64,000 bases of DNA from assembly GCA_029262065.1 (NCBI GenBank), contig JAJDAC010000041.1, positions 1,430 to 65,429 on the forward strand, given 5' to 3'. Each line of letters starts with the position of its first letter. Position 1 is the stretch's first letter. A model generated the notes under the pieces. It searched no databases, was not told the DNA's origin, and worked only from the letters and a program-made list of their open reading frames with translations. Source of the DNA: Candidatus Krumholzibacteriota bacterium (GTDB lineage Bacteria; Krumholzibacteriota; Krumholzibacteriia; JAJRXK01). A program made the translations under genes and the position numbers. Shown here piece after piece: positions 40,385 to 50,321 of the stretch.

Positions 40385-43300
40385 GTGCGACGGCTAGGAA
40401 TTCTGATCTGCATCCTATGGGGGGCCGGGTTCGCTTGGCCTGGACAACCGGTTGCGCAAACCCAAGACTCTGCGCCCGAAACCAGATTGCTGCGTTTCCC
40501 CGACTGTCACGAAACCTTCGTGGCGTTCGTCTACGCCGGAGACATCTGGCGCGCCCCCATTGAAGGTGGCACCGCCCGACGCCTGACCTCGCACGAAGGC
40601 TTCGAACTGGTTCCGAAAATCTCCCCCGACGGCAGTCAGATTGCGTTCACGGCCGAGTACTCGGGTACGCGTCAGGTCTACGTAATGCCCTCCAACGGTG
40701 GCACCCCCAAACAGCTGACGTACTACAACGATGTGGGTGTACTTCCCAACCGCGGCGGTTTCGACAACTGGATTCAGGACTGGACACCGGACGGAAAGAT
40801 CCTGGTACGCATGAACCGCACTCCCATGAGCCCGCGCTACGGGCGATATTTTCTGGTGGATCCCAACGGCGGCCTCGAGACCCCTCTGGATCTTCCCCAC
40901 GGAGGCTCGGCCTCGCTCTCTCCCGACGGCAACACCCTGGCCTACACGCCCTACGACCGCGAGTTCCGCACGTGGAAACGTGCTCGGGGCGGCCGAGCGC
41001 AGGACCTGTGGACCTACGACCTGAAGGCCCACAAGTCGACCCAGCTGACGACGTTCACGGGTACCGACAATTTCCCCATGTGGGTCGAAGACGATACGAT
41101 CTACTTCACCAGCGATCGCGAATACACGCTGAATCTGTTTCGGTACACACCCTCCACCAAACAGATCGCCAAGGTTACCCAGTTCGACGACTACGACGTC
41201 CTGTGGCCCGGCTTTGGGCCCAAGAACATCGTCTTCCTGAACGGCGGTTACCTGTACACGTACGATCTGGCCGACGGAAATACGAAACGCTTGTCGATCA
41301 GCATCGAAAGTGAACTTCCCTACACGCTTCCCTACTTCAAGGATGTCAGCGACGACGTGCGGGCGGGGAGCATCTCTCCCAGCGGCGCGCGGGCGGTGCT
41401 GGAAGCTCGGGGCGATCTGTTTTCCGTGCCTGCGTCCGATGGCGCCATCCGCAATCTCACGCTTACCCAGGGGGTACGGGAACGGGACCCGGCCTGGTCG
41501 CCCGACGGCAAACACATTGCCTACCTGTCCGACGAGAGCGGTGAGTACCAGTTGTACGTCCGCAGCCAGGACGGCCGCGAAGCCGCCAGACGCGTAGGAG
41601 ACATTGGCGCCAACTGGCCATCACAACCGGTCTGGAGTCCCGATTCGTCCAAACTGGTTTTCTTCGATGGCGCCATGCGCCTGCGCATGCTCGACGTCGC
41701 CAGTGGGCGCCTTACCGAAGTGGACACCGGCAGTGCACAGGGCGACCTGAACGGAATCAAATGGTCACCCGACAGCAAGTGGTTGGCCTACGACAAGACC
41801 CGGGATGCGCGCTTGTCGGGCATCAGTCTGTATTCGCTCGAGCAGAGCAAGGTGTTCGACCTGGGCGATGGCCTGACGACCGACGTGAGCCCGGCCTTCA
41901 GCCACGACGGTCGGACGCTGTTCTTCCTGAGCAATCGTGACTACCAGATCAACTTCTCCGATTTCGAATTCAATTACGTCTACGATCGCTCGACGCGCGT
42001 ATACGCAGTGGCCTTGGATGCCAGCGAACCCGCCCTGTTCGCCCCCAAGTCCGATGAAGAGGCTGGTAACACCGACGAAGATGGCGACTCCGAAGACTCA
42101 GACGAAAAGGGTGACAAGGAGGACAAACCAGCCTTCAAACTCGATATCCCAGGAATCCCAGCCCGCACCATCGCCCTCCCCGGCCTGCCCGCGGGCGACT
42201 ACTCACAGGTCACAGCCACCGAAGGCGCCGTCTACTACGTACGCAGCGACGATGACGGCAACGCTCTGTATCGCTTCGATCTCGAGGAGCGTGAAGAAGC
42301 CAAGGTCATGGATGGCGTAGGCGGCTACGAGATCTCGGCCGACGGCAAGAAACTTCTCTACACCTCACGAGGTCAATTCGGCATCGCCGATGCCAAGGCC
42401 GGGGCGGAAGGCGAGCCGCTGGACCTGAGCACGATGTCCATGAAGATCGACCCGCGCCGCGAATGGCAGCAGATCTTCGACGAGACGTGGCGTGTGGGTC
42501 GTGACTACTTCTACGACTCCAACATGCACGGCCTGGATTGGGAAGCCATGCGCACGCGCTACGGACAACTTGTCCCTCACGTGGCCCACCGTACCGACCT
42601 GGACTTCATTCTGGGAGAACTCGCCGGCGAACTCATGGCCGGACACGCGTACGTGATCGGTGGCGACCACCCGCGCGTGGAGCGCATCGAGGGCGGCATG
42701 CTGGGCTGCGAGTTCGAAGCCCACAGTTCCGGATACTTTCGCTTCGCGAAGATCTTCCCCGGTGAAAATTGGGACGCCGCGTATCGTTCGCCGTTGACCG
42801 AACCCGGCGTGGACGTGGACGAAGGGGACTACCTGTTGGCCATCGATGGCGTGGAACTCAAGACCACCGACAATCCGTACCGGCTGCTCGAGGGCAAGGG
42901 CAACGCCACCGTCACCATTACGGTGAGTTCCAAGCCCAGCTCGAGCGACTCGCGCGACGTCATGGTGCGTCCGGTTACCAGTGAGCTGAATCTCCGGTAC
43001 CTGGACTGGGTGCGCACACGCATGGCCATGACCGAGAAGCTCTCTGGTGGGCGCGTGGGCTACATGCACTTGCCCAACACTGCCATCGCCGGTAACCGCA
43101 TGCTGCAGAAACTGTGGTACAGCCAATCGCAGAAGGAAGCGTTGATCGTCGACGATCGCTACAACGGCGGCGGCTTCATTCCCGATCGCATGATCGAGTA
43201 CCTCACCCGCCGCACATGGTCGTACTGGGACCGCCGCGACAGAATGACCATGCGTACTCCAGGCTTTGCCCACGATGGCCCCAAAGCCATGCTCATCAAC

Positions 43301-43663
43301 GGGTACGCGGCTTCCGGTGGCGACGCGCTACCCTACTACTTCCGCCTGAACCGCCTGGGCAAGCTCATCGGCACGCGCACCTGGGGCGGCCTCATTGGTA
43401 TTTCGGGTAACCCCACCGGCGTGGACGGAGGCGGGATTCTCTACCCGGTCTTCCGTTTCTACGACACCCAGGGCAATTGGGCGGTCGAGAACGAAGGCGT
43501 GGCACCCGACATCGAAGTGCTCGACCTACCCGAAGAACTTCGCCAGGGGCGGGACCCCAGCCTCATGCGGGCGGTCGACGAGTTGTTGAAGGAGCTGAAA
43601 GAGCGACCGTGGACGCATCCGAAACCGCCGACGCCGCCGAATCTGGTGGAGGAGCTGAAGTAG
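40385..43663 (+). CDS. Tricorn-type S41 protease with signal peptide
   Basis: LLRFP, PD40/WD repeats, PDZ, DDRYNGGG, ASGGD, GTRTWGG, ENEGVAPDIEV. Confidence 0.93.
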   Translation: MRRLGILICILWGAGFAWPGQPVAQTQDSAPETRLLRFPDCHETFVAFVYAGDIWRAPIEGGTARRLTSHEGFELVPKISPDGSQIAFTAEYSGTRQVYVMPSNGGTPKQLTYYNDVGVLPNRGGFDNWIQDWTPDGKILVRMNRTPMSPRYGRYFLVDPNGGLETPLDLPHGGSASLSPDGNTLAYTPYDREFRTWKRARGGRAQDLWTYDLKAHKSTQLTTFTGTDNFPMWVEDDTIYFTSDREYTLNLFRYTPSTKQIAKVTQFDDYDVLWPGFGPKNIVFLNGGYLYTYDLADGNTKRLSISIESELPYTLPYFKDVSDDVRAGSISPSGARAVLEARGDLFSVPASDGAIRNLTLTQGVRERDPAWSPDGKHIAYLSDESGEYQLYVRSQDGREAARRVGDIGANWPSQPVWSPDSSKLVFFDGAMRLRMLDVASGRLTEVDTGSAQGDLNGIKWSPDSKWLAYDKTRDARLSGISLYSLEQSKVFDLGDGLTTDVSPAFSHDGRTLFFLSNRDYQINFSDFEFNYVYDRSTRVYAVALDASEPALFAPKSDEEAGNTDEDGDSEDSDEKGDKEDKPAFKLDIPGIPARTIALPGLPAGDYSQVTATEGAVYYVRSDDDGNALYRFDLEEREEAKVMDGVGGYEISADGKKLLYTSRGQFGIADAKAGAEGEPLDLSTMSMKIDPRREWQQIFDETWRVGRDYFYDSNMHGLDWEAMRTRYGQLVPHVAHRTDLDFILGELAGELMAGHAYVIGGDHPRVERIEGGMLGCEFEAHSSGYFRFAKIFPGENWDAAYRSPLTEPGVDVDEGDYLLAIDGVELKTTDNPYRLLEGKGNATVTITVSSKPSSSDSRDVMVRPVTSELNLRYLDWVRTRMAMTEKLSGGRVGYMHLPNTAIAGNRMLQKLWYSQSQKEALIVDDRYNGGGFIPDRMIEYLTRRTWSYWDRRDRMTMRTPGFAHDGPKAMLINGYAASGGDALPYYFRLNRLGKLIGTRTWGGLIGISGNPTGVDGGGILYPVFRFYDTQGNWAVENEGVAPDIEVLDLPEELRQGRDPSLMRAVDELLKELKERPWTHPKPPTPPNLVEELK

Positions 43664-43709
43664 GCGGGGTCGCGACTAGGTATTCGGGTTGAACCTACTC
43701 GTCCCAGGC

Positions 43710-43742
43710 GGAGGCCGCCCGGGACCTAATAGTCCGGCCTCC
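43710..43742. terminator. Hairpin between convergent genes
   Basis: GGAGGCCG...CGGCCTCC stem; no U-tract. Confidence 0.35.
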
Positions 43743-43749
43743 GGCCGTC

Positions 43750-44016
43750 CTATTGGCACTCCACGCTGGTTGGGGGGACTCGATCACACTCGATCCTCTC
43801 GGCCATGCTTGAAGTAGGAAGCGATCCGCAGGCCGACTCGGTGGCCGAGCGGATCGCATCTTCCTTGGTGCGTCCGCTGCCGGTGCGGCAGACGGTCTGG
43901 TTCTTGTAGGTCATGCACACTTCACAGGTGGCGTCGCTCACGCCGGTCAACGAACTGTAGACGAGCAAACCCACCAGCAGAATTACCACGAGCGACAGAA
44001 TGGCGGACTTGGACAT
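43750..44016 (-). CDS. Small membrane-anchored Cys-rich hypothetical protein
   Basis: MSKSAILSLVVILLVGLL TM followed by 6 Cys in ~60 aa. Confidence 0.6.
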   Translation of the reverse strand: MSKSAILSLVVILLVGLLVYSSLTGVSDATCEVCMTYKNQTVCRTGSGRTKEDAIRSATESACGSLPTSSMAERIECDRVPPTSVECQ

Positions 44017-44110
44017 TTCGAAACCCCGCGTTGGGACGAGAGACAAGGAACTGACTTCCCATATGGTGTACCCTGATGGCACCCCGGCCAAGTGTGGAAA
44101 GATGATTCGA

Positions 44111-44674
44111 ATGAATTCCTTGCGCCAATGGCTCCCCGCCCTTGCCCTGGTTCTGGTGTGGACGGCCTTCTCGGCACCCGCAACCGCTCAATCCGGTGAC
44201 GAAACCGCGGCCCCCGCGGCGCCAACCCCCTGCTCATCACCCGAGGCCAGTCAGTTCGATTTCTGGCTTGGCGACTGGTACCTGACCTGGGGCAAAGGTG
44301 GCGAGGGCACCAACACGATCACCGAACTCTTCGGTGACTGCGGGGTCCAGGAAGACTTCGCCGGCCAGATGCCCACGGGCATGTACTTCGGACACAGCGT
44401 CTCTATGTACGACGTCCCGGCCGGAAAATGGAAACAGACCTGGGTCGATAGCCAGGGTGGCTATCTTCAGTTCGAAGGCGGGATAGAAGGCGATACCATG
44501 GTGCTATACGGTGCCGGTACCCAACCCGATGGCACGCCTTTCCGTACCCGCATGACGTTCATGAACATCACCGACGACAACTTCGACTGGCACTGGGAAC
44601 GCTCGACCGACGACGGTACGACCTGGACGCTGCAGTGGAACATCCACTACGAGCGCATCGTCAACGGTCGCTAG
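44111..44674 (+). CDS. Secreted DUF1579-like beta-barrel protein
   Basis: QFDFWLGDW, WKQTWVDS, WERSTDDGTTW. Confidence 0.7.
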   Translation: MNSLRQWLPALALVLVWTAFSAPATAQSGDETAAPAAPTPCSSPEASQFDFWLGDWYLTWGKGGEGTNTITELFGDCGVQEDFAGQMPTGMYFGHSVSMYDVPAGKWKQTWVDSQGGYLQFEGGIEGDTMVLYGAGTQPDGTPFRTRMTFMNITDDNFDWHWERSTDDGTTWTLQWNIHYERIVNGR

Positions 44675-45327
44675 AAGCGTAGACCACCGGTGATCAGAAT
44701 CGTGCGGTGGTGCACACTGCGCGGCAGGTCTTCGGAGGTCTGCTCAATGGCGTCGGTAAACTCGGTGTTGAAACGCACTTCGACCACGCCCGAAATACGC
44801 GCGGCCAACGGAAACTCCACGCCGATGGAGGCGTTGCCGTTGATCGTCCAGGAGTTGTACGAATTCAGGACTTCGTCGTCGTCGTTGGACAACAACAATT
44901 CCAGACTGGGACCAAACAACACGTAGAGTATGGTTTCGTCGCCGGCGACTTCGCTGCGCAGCATGATGGGAATTGACAGGTAATCGGCGCTCACCGAACG
45001 CTCGGTGTTCACGTCGTCTACCGTAACGTCGGCCTTGTAGCCGCGTCGCATGAAGCCAACCTCGGGTTGCAGGCGCAGCCGGGCCTTGCGACTCCACTCC
45101 AGGATGAGAAACCCGTAGCCGCCGGGCCGGGTACTGGTGCTGGGATCGAGCAGCGGATTGGACGTGTATTGGAAGTCGCCCTGGACGAAACCCACGCCCC
45201 CTTTCGCTCCGCCTCCCAACAGCCGCCACGCCGCGCGGGCCTCGGAGTCGGGGCCTGCCCCAAGAGCCAGTGTCAGCAAGCTCATCAAGCTCAGGGTCAA
45301 TGCGGTACGGGACATTCGGGGAATCAC
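44671..45327 (-). CDS. Outer-membrane beta-barrel (porin-family/PorT-like)
   Basis: Signal peptide, GAKGG, LQPEV, DYLSIP, C-terminal GLRF. Confidence 0.72.
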   Translation of the reverse strand: MIPRMSRTALTLSLMSLLTLALGAGPDSEARAAWRLLGGGAKGGVGFVQGDFQYTSNPLLDPSTSTRPGGYGFLILEWSRKARLRLQPEVGFMRRGYKADVTVDDVNTERSVSADYLSIPIMLRSEVAGDETILYVLFGPSLELLLSNDDDEVLNSYNSWTINGNASIGVEFPLAARISGVVEVRFNTEFTDAIEQTSEDLPRSVHHRTILITGGLRF

Positions 45328-45606
45328 GGGGGTTCCTTTCGGCGAACTATCTTCGGGGTGGCTTCTGGCTGGCGCAGGGCCGGGTTCGCAATCAAGCTAG
45401 CCTGGCGCGGGAAGACCATCAAGCCCAGTCGACCACGAGGCTATGGTATACTCTCCAGACCTCGCACCTACAGCGGGTTTTGCCCATCCCCTACCTAATC
45501 CATGACCATTCTGTTTCTGCCCCATCGCCTCTCATCAAACCGCCGTTCGGCCCCGGACCGGTGCTGGTTGCCATGCCCAACATCGGGCCCAGTATTGAAC
45601 CCAGCG

Positions 45607-46731
45607 TTGAAATTGTTTCTGGGCCTGGTATTGGTCTCGTCGTGGACAAACGTCGGCGCGGAAGCGGCCGACGTGGCGTTCGATCTGGAGACCGTGGACA
45701 GCACGGACCGCGTGGGTGAGTACCTGTGGATGGCGATCGACGCCAACGCCAAGGTCCATCTGAGCTACTACGACCGGACCGCCGGTAATCTGAAATACGC
45801 GGAACAGAACGGCGATAGTTGGGACATCAAAGTCGTCGACGGCGAAACGCCCGGCGACGACGTGGGCGGCTACACCTACATGACGTTCGATGACATGGGG
45901 CAGCCCCACATAACGTACTTCGACTGGGCCGGTGCACTGAAGCACGCGTGGCGCGTGGGTACGGTGTGGCAGAACGAGCCGGTGGACCCGGGTCCCGGCG
46001 TCGGCCGCTACAGCAACCTCATGTTCGACAGCGCCGGCACCATGCACGTGGTGTACTTCGACGAAGGCCAGGACGATCTGAAGTACGCTTTCCACAACGG
46101 CACCATATGGGTGCTCGACACCATCGACTCGGTGGGCCAGGTCGGGATAAAGGCGCGCGCGGTAATCGACGCCCAGGACCGCATCCACGCGGCGTATTAC
46201 GACCAGACCAACGGCGCACTGAAGTACGCGTTGCTCGACGGAAACTGGACCGTGACCACCCCCGACGATGGCACCGGCGACGATGTCGGCTCCTACGCAT
46301 CGATCGCCCTGGACTCGGCCGGGTGGCCGCACATCAGCTACTGGAACGCGACCAAGGGCGACCTCGAATACGCCCGATTCGACGGAGCCAACTGGGCCGG
46401 CGAGCCCGCCGAAGAGAACGCCGCCATCCAGACCGGTCTGTTTACCTCTCTACAGCTCGACTCGCAGGACCACGCATCTATCGCATACTTCGATCTGACC
46501 AACGGCGACCTGCGACTGGCCCGCAAGACGAGTAGCCAATGGGACCGCCAGACCGTGGACGCTCCGTTCGCGGTGGGCCGCCACGCGGCGTTGCTGGTGG
46601 TCAATAATTCGGTGTTTCACGTTGCGTATTGGAACGAAACTCGCGAATCTCTGCGGTACGGCATGGGCATGACCCCGGTGGCCACCACCCGCACGAGCTT
46701 CGGTGAGTTTCGTGCCCGCTTCGCTCCCTGA
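45607..46731 (+). CDS. Secreted beta-propeller-like repeat protein with short C-terminal sorting-like motif
   Basis: About seven repeats of VG.Y.S.A.D....HISY.D...LKYA; tail TPVATTRTSFGEFRARFAP; start uncertain (TTG 45607; ORF from 45502). Confidence 0.72.
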   Translation: MKLFLGLVLVSSWTNVGAEAADVAFDLETVDSTDRVGEYLWMAIDANAKVHLSYYDRTAGNLKYAEQNGDSWDIKVVDGETPGDDVGGYTYMTFDDMGQPHITYFDWAGALKHAWRVGTVWQNEPVDPGPGVGRYSNLMFDSAGTMHVVYFDEGQDDLKYAFHNGTIWVLDTIDSVGQVGIKARAVIDAQDRIHAAYYDQTNGALKYALLDGNWTVTTPDDGTGDDVGSYASIALDSAGWPHISYWNATKGDLEYARFDGANWAGEPAEENAAIQTGLFTSLQLDSQDHASIAYFDLTNGDLRLARKTSSQWDRQTVDAPFAVGRHAALLVVNNSVFHVAYWNETRESLRYGMGMTPVATTRTSFGEFRARFAP

Positions 46732-46766
46732 TCAAATTCACCCGTTTTGTCCCAGGGAGCCAATCC

Positions 46767-47318
46767 GTGGCCTGGATCCGGCAGATTGACGAGGACGACG
46801 CCGAAGGCGAAGTCAAACGCCTGTACGACGCATTGCTGGTGCCCGAATCGGGCAAGGTCGACCACATCCTGAAGATCCACGGACTCCACCCCGCCGGATT
46901 GCGCGGACACCTCGCTCTCTACCGGGCGGTCATGACGGGAAGCGACACGCTGCCCAAGGCCGAACGGGAGCTGGTGGCCTACACGGTCAGCCGCATCAAC
47001 GAGTGCCACTACTGAACGAATCACCATCGACGCGGTCTGCGTCGCGAATTGCAGAACGACACCGAAATGGCCTTCCTGGAAGCCAATCTGTTCTCGCCCG
47101 AAATCGGCGCCAAGCGGGCGGCCATGGTCGAGTACGCTCGCAAGCTGACGGTTGAACCCGCCAAGATGACCAAAGTCGACGTGGATCGTCTGCGTGAAGT
47201 AGGATTCAGCGATCGCGATATCCTGGAGATCGCCGAGGTCGCCTCGTATTTCGCGTTCGTCAATCGCCTGGCCGACGGCTTGGGCGTACAACTGGAGTCC
47301 TGGTTCTCCGAAGACTGA
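46767..47318 (+). CDS. AhpD/carboxymuconolactone-decarboxylase-like peroxidase, selenoprotein (CxxU, UGA 47013-47015)
   Basis: ORFs 46767-47015 and 47049-47318 are in one frame separated only by a TGA in NECHY*TNHH; the halves form one AhpD-like protein (ERELVAYTVSRIN..., YARKLT..P, AFVNRLADGLGV). Confidence 0.88.
47013..47044 (+). promoter_or_regulatory. Bacterial SECIS-like element
   Basis: 12 nt after UGA, stem CGACGC/GCGTCG with GGTCT loop, resembling the fdhF-type apical loop. Confidence 0.8.
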
Positions 47319-47336
47319 TCGCCCGAGGCCTCTCCC

Positions 47337-48059
47337 ATGCTTTGGTTCGTACTGGCCATCCCCGTGGTGTTGGCATTGGCGTCGGCCTGGCGCTCACCGC
47401 GAGGGCCGCGCCCGCTACGCGAGACACCATCGCAGTGGAAGAACCTGCACACGCGACGCAACTTTCTGCGGCTGGGCTTCGGAGTGGTGGGATCCACCGC
47501 GTTGGTATACTCCGGAGTCGATGAGAGCGTGGAGGCGTGGCACGCTGCCGAGGTGAAGAACGAAGCCACCGACGCCGCTTCGCACTGGCTGCATGAAGGT
47601 GGCGAGCGCTTCTGGTTCGCGTATTGGCTGGCCTTCGCCGTCATTGACGGGTCGGTGGGAAGCAGCGGGCTGACGCGATTCGGTCGGCGGTGCTTTCAGT
47701 CGATGCTTGTGGGACTGCCCATGCTGTGGATCACGCAGCGCGTATTAGGCGGCAGCCGCCCGCAAGAAGAACCACACGGCCCCGACTATCGCCCCCTGGC
47801 CGACGACAACGCGGCCTCGGGACATTCGTTCATCTCTTCCGTTCCGTGCTTCGTGGCCGCGCGAACCGTGGAATCCAAGGCCGGGTCGACCGCCGCCTAT
47901 GCGCTCGCGCCCTGGGTAGGTTGGTCGCGGCTGAATGATCGCAAGCACTACCCGTCGCAGATCCTGTTGGGTTGGTTGATCGGGTATATGGCCGCCGAAG
48001 GCGCGGTGCTTGGTGAGCCGGGCACGAAGGTGCCGGCGAAAGCAGGTGATTCAACGTGA
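47337..48059 (+). CDS. PAP2 family phosphatase
   Basis: RP, SGHS, SRLNDRKHYPSQ motifs. Confidence 0.78.
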   Translation: MLWFVLAIPVVLALASAWRSPRGPRPLRETPSQWKNLHTRRNFLRLGFGVVGSTALVYSGVDESVEAWHAAEVKNEATDAASHWLHEGGERFWFAYWLAFAVIDGSVGSSGLTRFGRRCFQSMLVGLPMLWITQRVLGGSRPQEEPHGPDYRPLADDNAASGHSFISSVPCFVAARTVESKAGSTAAYALAPWVGWSRLNDRKHYPSQILLGWLIGYMAAEGAVLGEPGTKVPAKAGDST

Positions 48060-49417
48060 GTGATCCCCATCCCCTGCCTCCGCTGAAGTGGGAAGTACGA
48101 CGCCTGCTCACGTTGGCCGCGCCGGTGGTGGTAACCCAGCTGGCTACCATGATGCTGGGCGTGGTCGACACTCTCATGGTTGGTCATCACAGCGTCGAAA
48201 CCCTGGCGGCCGCGTCGTTGGGACACGTGTGGACCTTCGGAACCCTGATATTCGCCATGGGCGTGGTGTACGGCATGGACCCCATCGTGACCCAGGCCTT
48301 TGGCGCCGGCGATCGCGAACGCATGGCCCTCGCGCTCCAGCGCGGCATCGTCGTGGGTCTGTTGGTGAGCATTCCGGTATCCGCCCTCTGGCTGGTAACC
48401 GCGCCGGTCATGCGTTTTCTCGGCCAGGACCCGGAACTGGCCGCGCAGGCCCAGACCTACGCCGTGCTCCAGATCCCCAGCGTGCCGTTTTTTCTGGCGT
48501 TCACGGCGCTGCGTCAGTACCTGCAGGGGCGCGGTATCGTCAAGCCCGTGATGATCATTGCGATCGTGGCCAACGGCGTAAACGTCGCGCTGAACTGGGG
48601 ACTCATCTTCGGAAACCTGGGATTGCCGGCCCTCGAGCTACGCGGCGCCGGCATCGCTACCGCCTCGACCCGCATATTCATGTTGGTGGCCACGCTGCTC
48701 CTGGTGCGGTTTCTTCAACTGCATCGCGACGCTTGGATTCCATGGAGCAGCCGCAGCTTCCGACCTCGAGCCGTAAGCGAACTGTTGCACTACGGCGTGC
48801 CCATTGGCGTGACCTTCAGCCTCGAGGTCTGGGCGTTCCAGATCACCACGTTGTTGGCGGGACGGCTCGGACAAAACGAGTTGGCCGCCCATACCATCGT
48901 GCTCAACCTTGCTTCGCTCTCGTTCATGCTGCCGTTGGGCATTTCACTGGCCGCTGTGACCCGCGTCGGCAATCAGATCGGCGAAGGCAACTACCACGGT
49001 GCACGACGTTCGGCGTGGGTGGCGTTTGCCGTCGGCGCCGCGGTGCAGACGTTTTCGGCTACGCTGTTCGTGCTGCTGCGCCACGAGCTCCCTGCCCTGT
49101 TCACTCCCGACCTGACCCTCGTAACGCTGGCGGCGGGGATTCTTCCGATCGCCGCTGCCTTCCAATTGTTCGACGGCACCCAGGTCGTGGGCGCGGGCGT
49201 GTTACGAGGCGCGGGATCCACCAAGCCGGCCGCGCTGTTCAACCTGGTGGGCTACTACGCGGTGGCGCTACCACTGGCGTGGTACATGACGTTCCGAGCG
49301 GGAATGGGCTTGAAGGGGCTTTGGTGGGGACTGGCGCTGGGGCTGGCCCTGGTCGCCATTGCGTTGCTGGCCTGGATCTACCGGCGCGGGCCAGGCCGCC
49401 GGCTGGCCACGGCCTGA
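48056..49417 (+). CDS. MATE family efflux transporter
   Basis: VDTLMVG, NWGLIFG, GAGIAT, TRVGN, FQLFDG.Q..GAGVLRG. Confidence 0.93.
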   Translation: MSDPHPLPPLKWEVRRLLTLAAPVVVTQLATMMLGVVDTLMVGHHSVETLAAASLGHVWTFGTLIFAMGVVYGMDPIVTQAFGAGDRERMALALQRGIVVGLLVSIPVSALWLVTAPVMRFLGQDPELAAQAQTYAVLQIPSVPFFLAFTALRQYLQGRGIVKPVMIIAIVANGVNVALNWGLIFGNLGLPALELRGAGIATASTRIFMLVATLLLVRFLQLHRDAWIPWSSRSFRPRAVSELLHYGVPIGVTFSLEVWAFQITTLLAGRLGQNELAAHTIVLNLASLSFMLPLGISLAAVTRVGNQIGEGNYHGARRSAWVAFAVGAAVQTFSATLFVLLRHELPALFTPDLTLVTLAAGILPIAAAFQLFDGTQVVGAGVLRGAGSTKPAALFNLVGYYAVALPLAWYMTFRAGMGLKGLWWGLALGLALVAIALLAWIYRRGPGRRLATA

Positions 49418-49422
49418 TTGCA

Positions 49423-50217
49423 GTGAGCGAGTACGAACGGCTCGACTGGTACGATCTGCCCCACTACTACGACGTGGTGTACGACGAAGACACGCCGCAG
49501 GAAGCCGACTTTCTGCAGGCGGTACACAAGCGCTACGCAAATGCACTACCCGGACCCTGGCTCGAGCCCGCGTGTGGCACTGGGCGGTTGTTGCGCGAGC
49601 TGGCTCGACGTGGTGAAGCCGTTTATGGATTCGATGGCAACCAGGCCATGGTCGAGTACGCACGCGAACACGCCCCTGCCATCGCGGGAAGCACCGGGGT
49701 CTACCGGGTCGAAAAAGGCGACCTCGCCGATTTCTTCCTGGGCACGGGCTTCGCCATGGCTTTCTGTTTGGTGAGCACGTTCAAATACATCCTGCGAGAA
49801 GCCGATGCAGTTTCGCACCTGCGCGCGGTGGCCCGCTCGCTCAGCGTCGGTGGCGTGTACGCCCTGGGCCTACACCTGACCGACTACGCCGATCGCCAAG
49901 CCGACCGCGAGCGGTGGACCGGCGAGCGGGACGGCACTTTTGTCCGGGTCACCCTCAACATGTCAGCGGCCGACGTGCGACGCCGCCGCGAGAAGGTCCT
50001 TTGCCACGTTGACGTGCGAAATCCTGACGGCACCGAACGCCGTCTGGAAAGCTCTTGGGAATTCAGAACTTACGACGCGGCCCAGCTGCGCCGGGTCTTG
50101 CGGGCGGTCCCCGAGTTGGAATTGATAGCCGTACACGACTTCGGCTTTGACCTGGACCGGGCCAACCAACTGGAAGATGACCAGCTCGACTCGGTGTTGG
50201 TGCTTCGGCGTCGGTAA
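49423..50217 (+). CDS. Class I SAM-dependent methyltransferase
   Basis: LEPACGTGR motif I; start placed at GTG 49423 (the 709-aa ORF extension overlaps the MATE gene). Confidence 0.87.
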   Translation: MSEYERLDWYDLPHYYDVVYDEDTPQEADFLQAVHKRYANALPGPWLEPACGTGRLLRELARRGEAVYGFDGNQAMVEYAREHAPAIAGSTGVYRVEKGDLADFFLGTGFAMAFCLVSTFKYILREADAVSHLRAVARSLSVGGVYALGLHLTDYADRQADRERWTGERDGTFVRVTLNMSAADVRRRREKVLCHVDVRNPDGTERRLESSWEFRTYDAAQLRRVLRAVPELELIAVHDFGFDLDRANQLEDDQLDSVLVLRRR

Positions 50218-50321
50218 CTTCCTGCGCGGGCAACCGGTTGCCGCCCGTCTTCACGGCCCGCTTCCTGCTTCCTGCCAGGCCACACTCGCTCACCGCACGT
50301 TGGCTACCAGGAAGGCCCCCC

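Noticed and set aside
46767-47318. Pseudogene or two separate small genes
   Set aside because: The UGA sits at the catalytic Cys position with a SECIS-like hairpin, so Sec recoding is more parsimonious
48088-49422. N-terminal part of the 709-aa ORF as a fusion
   Set aside because: Arg/Pro-rich off-frame overlap of the MATE gene; the methyltransferase starts near 49423
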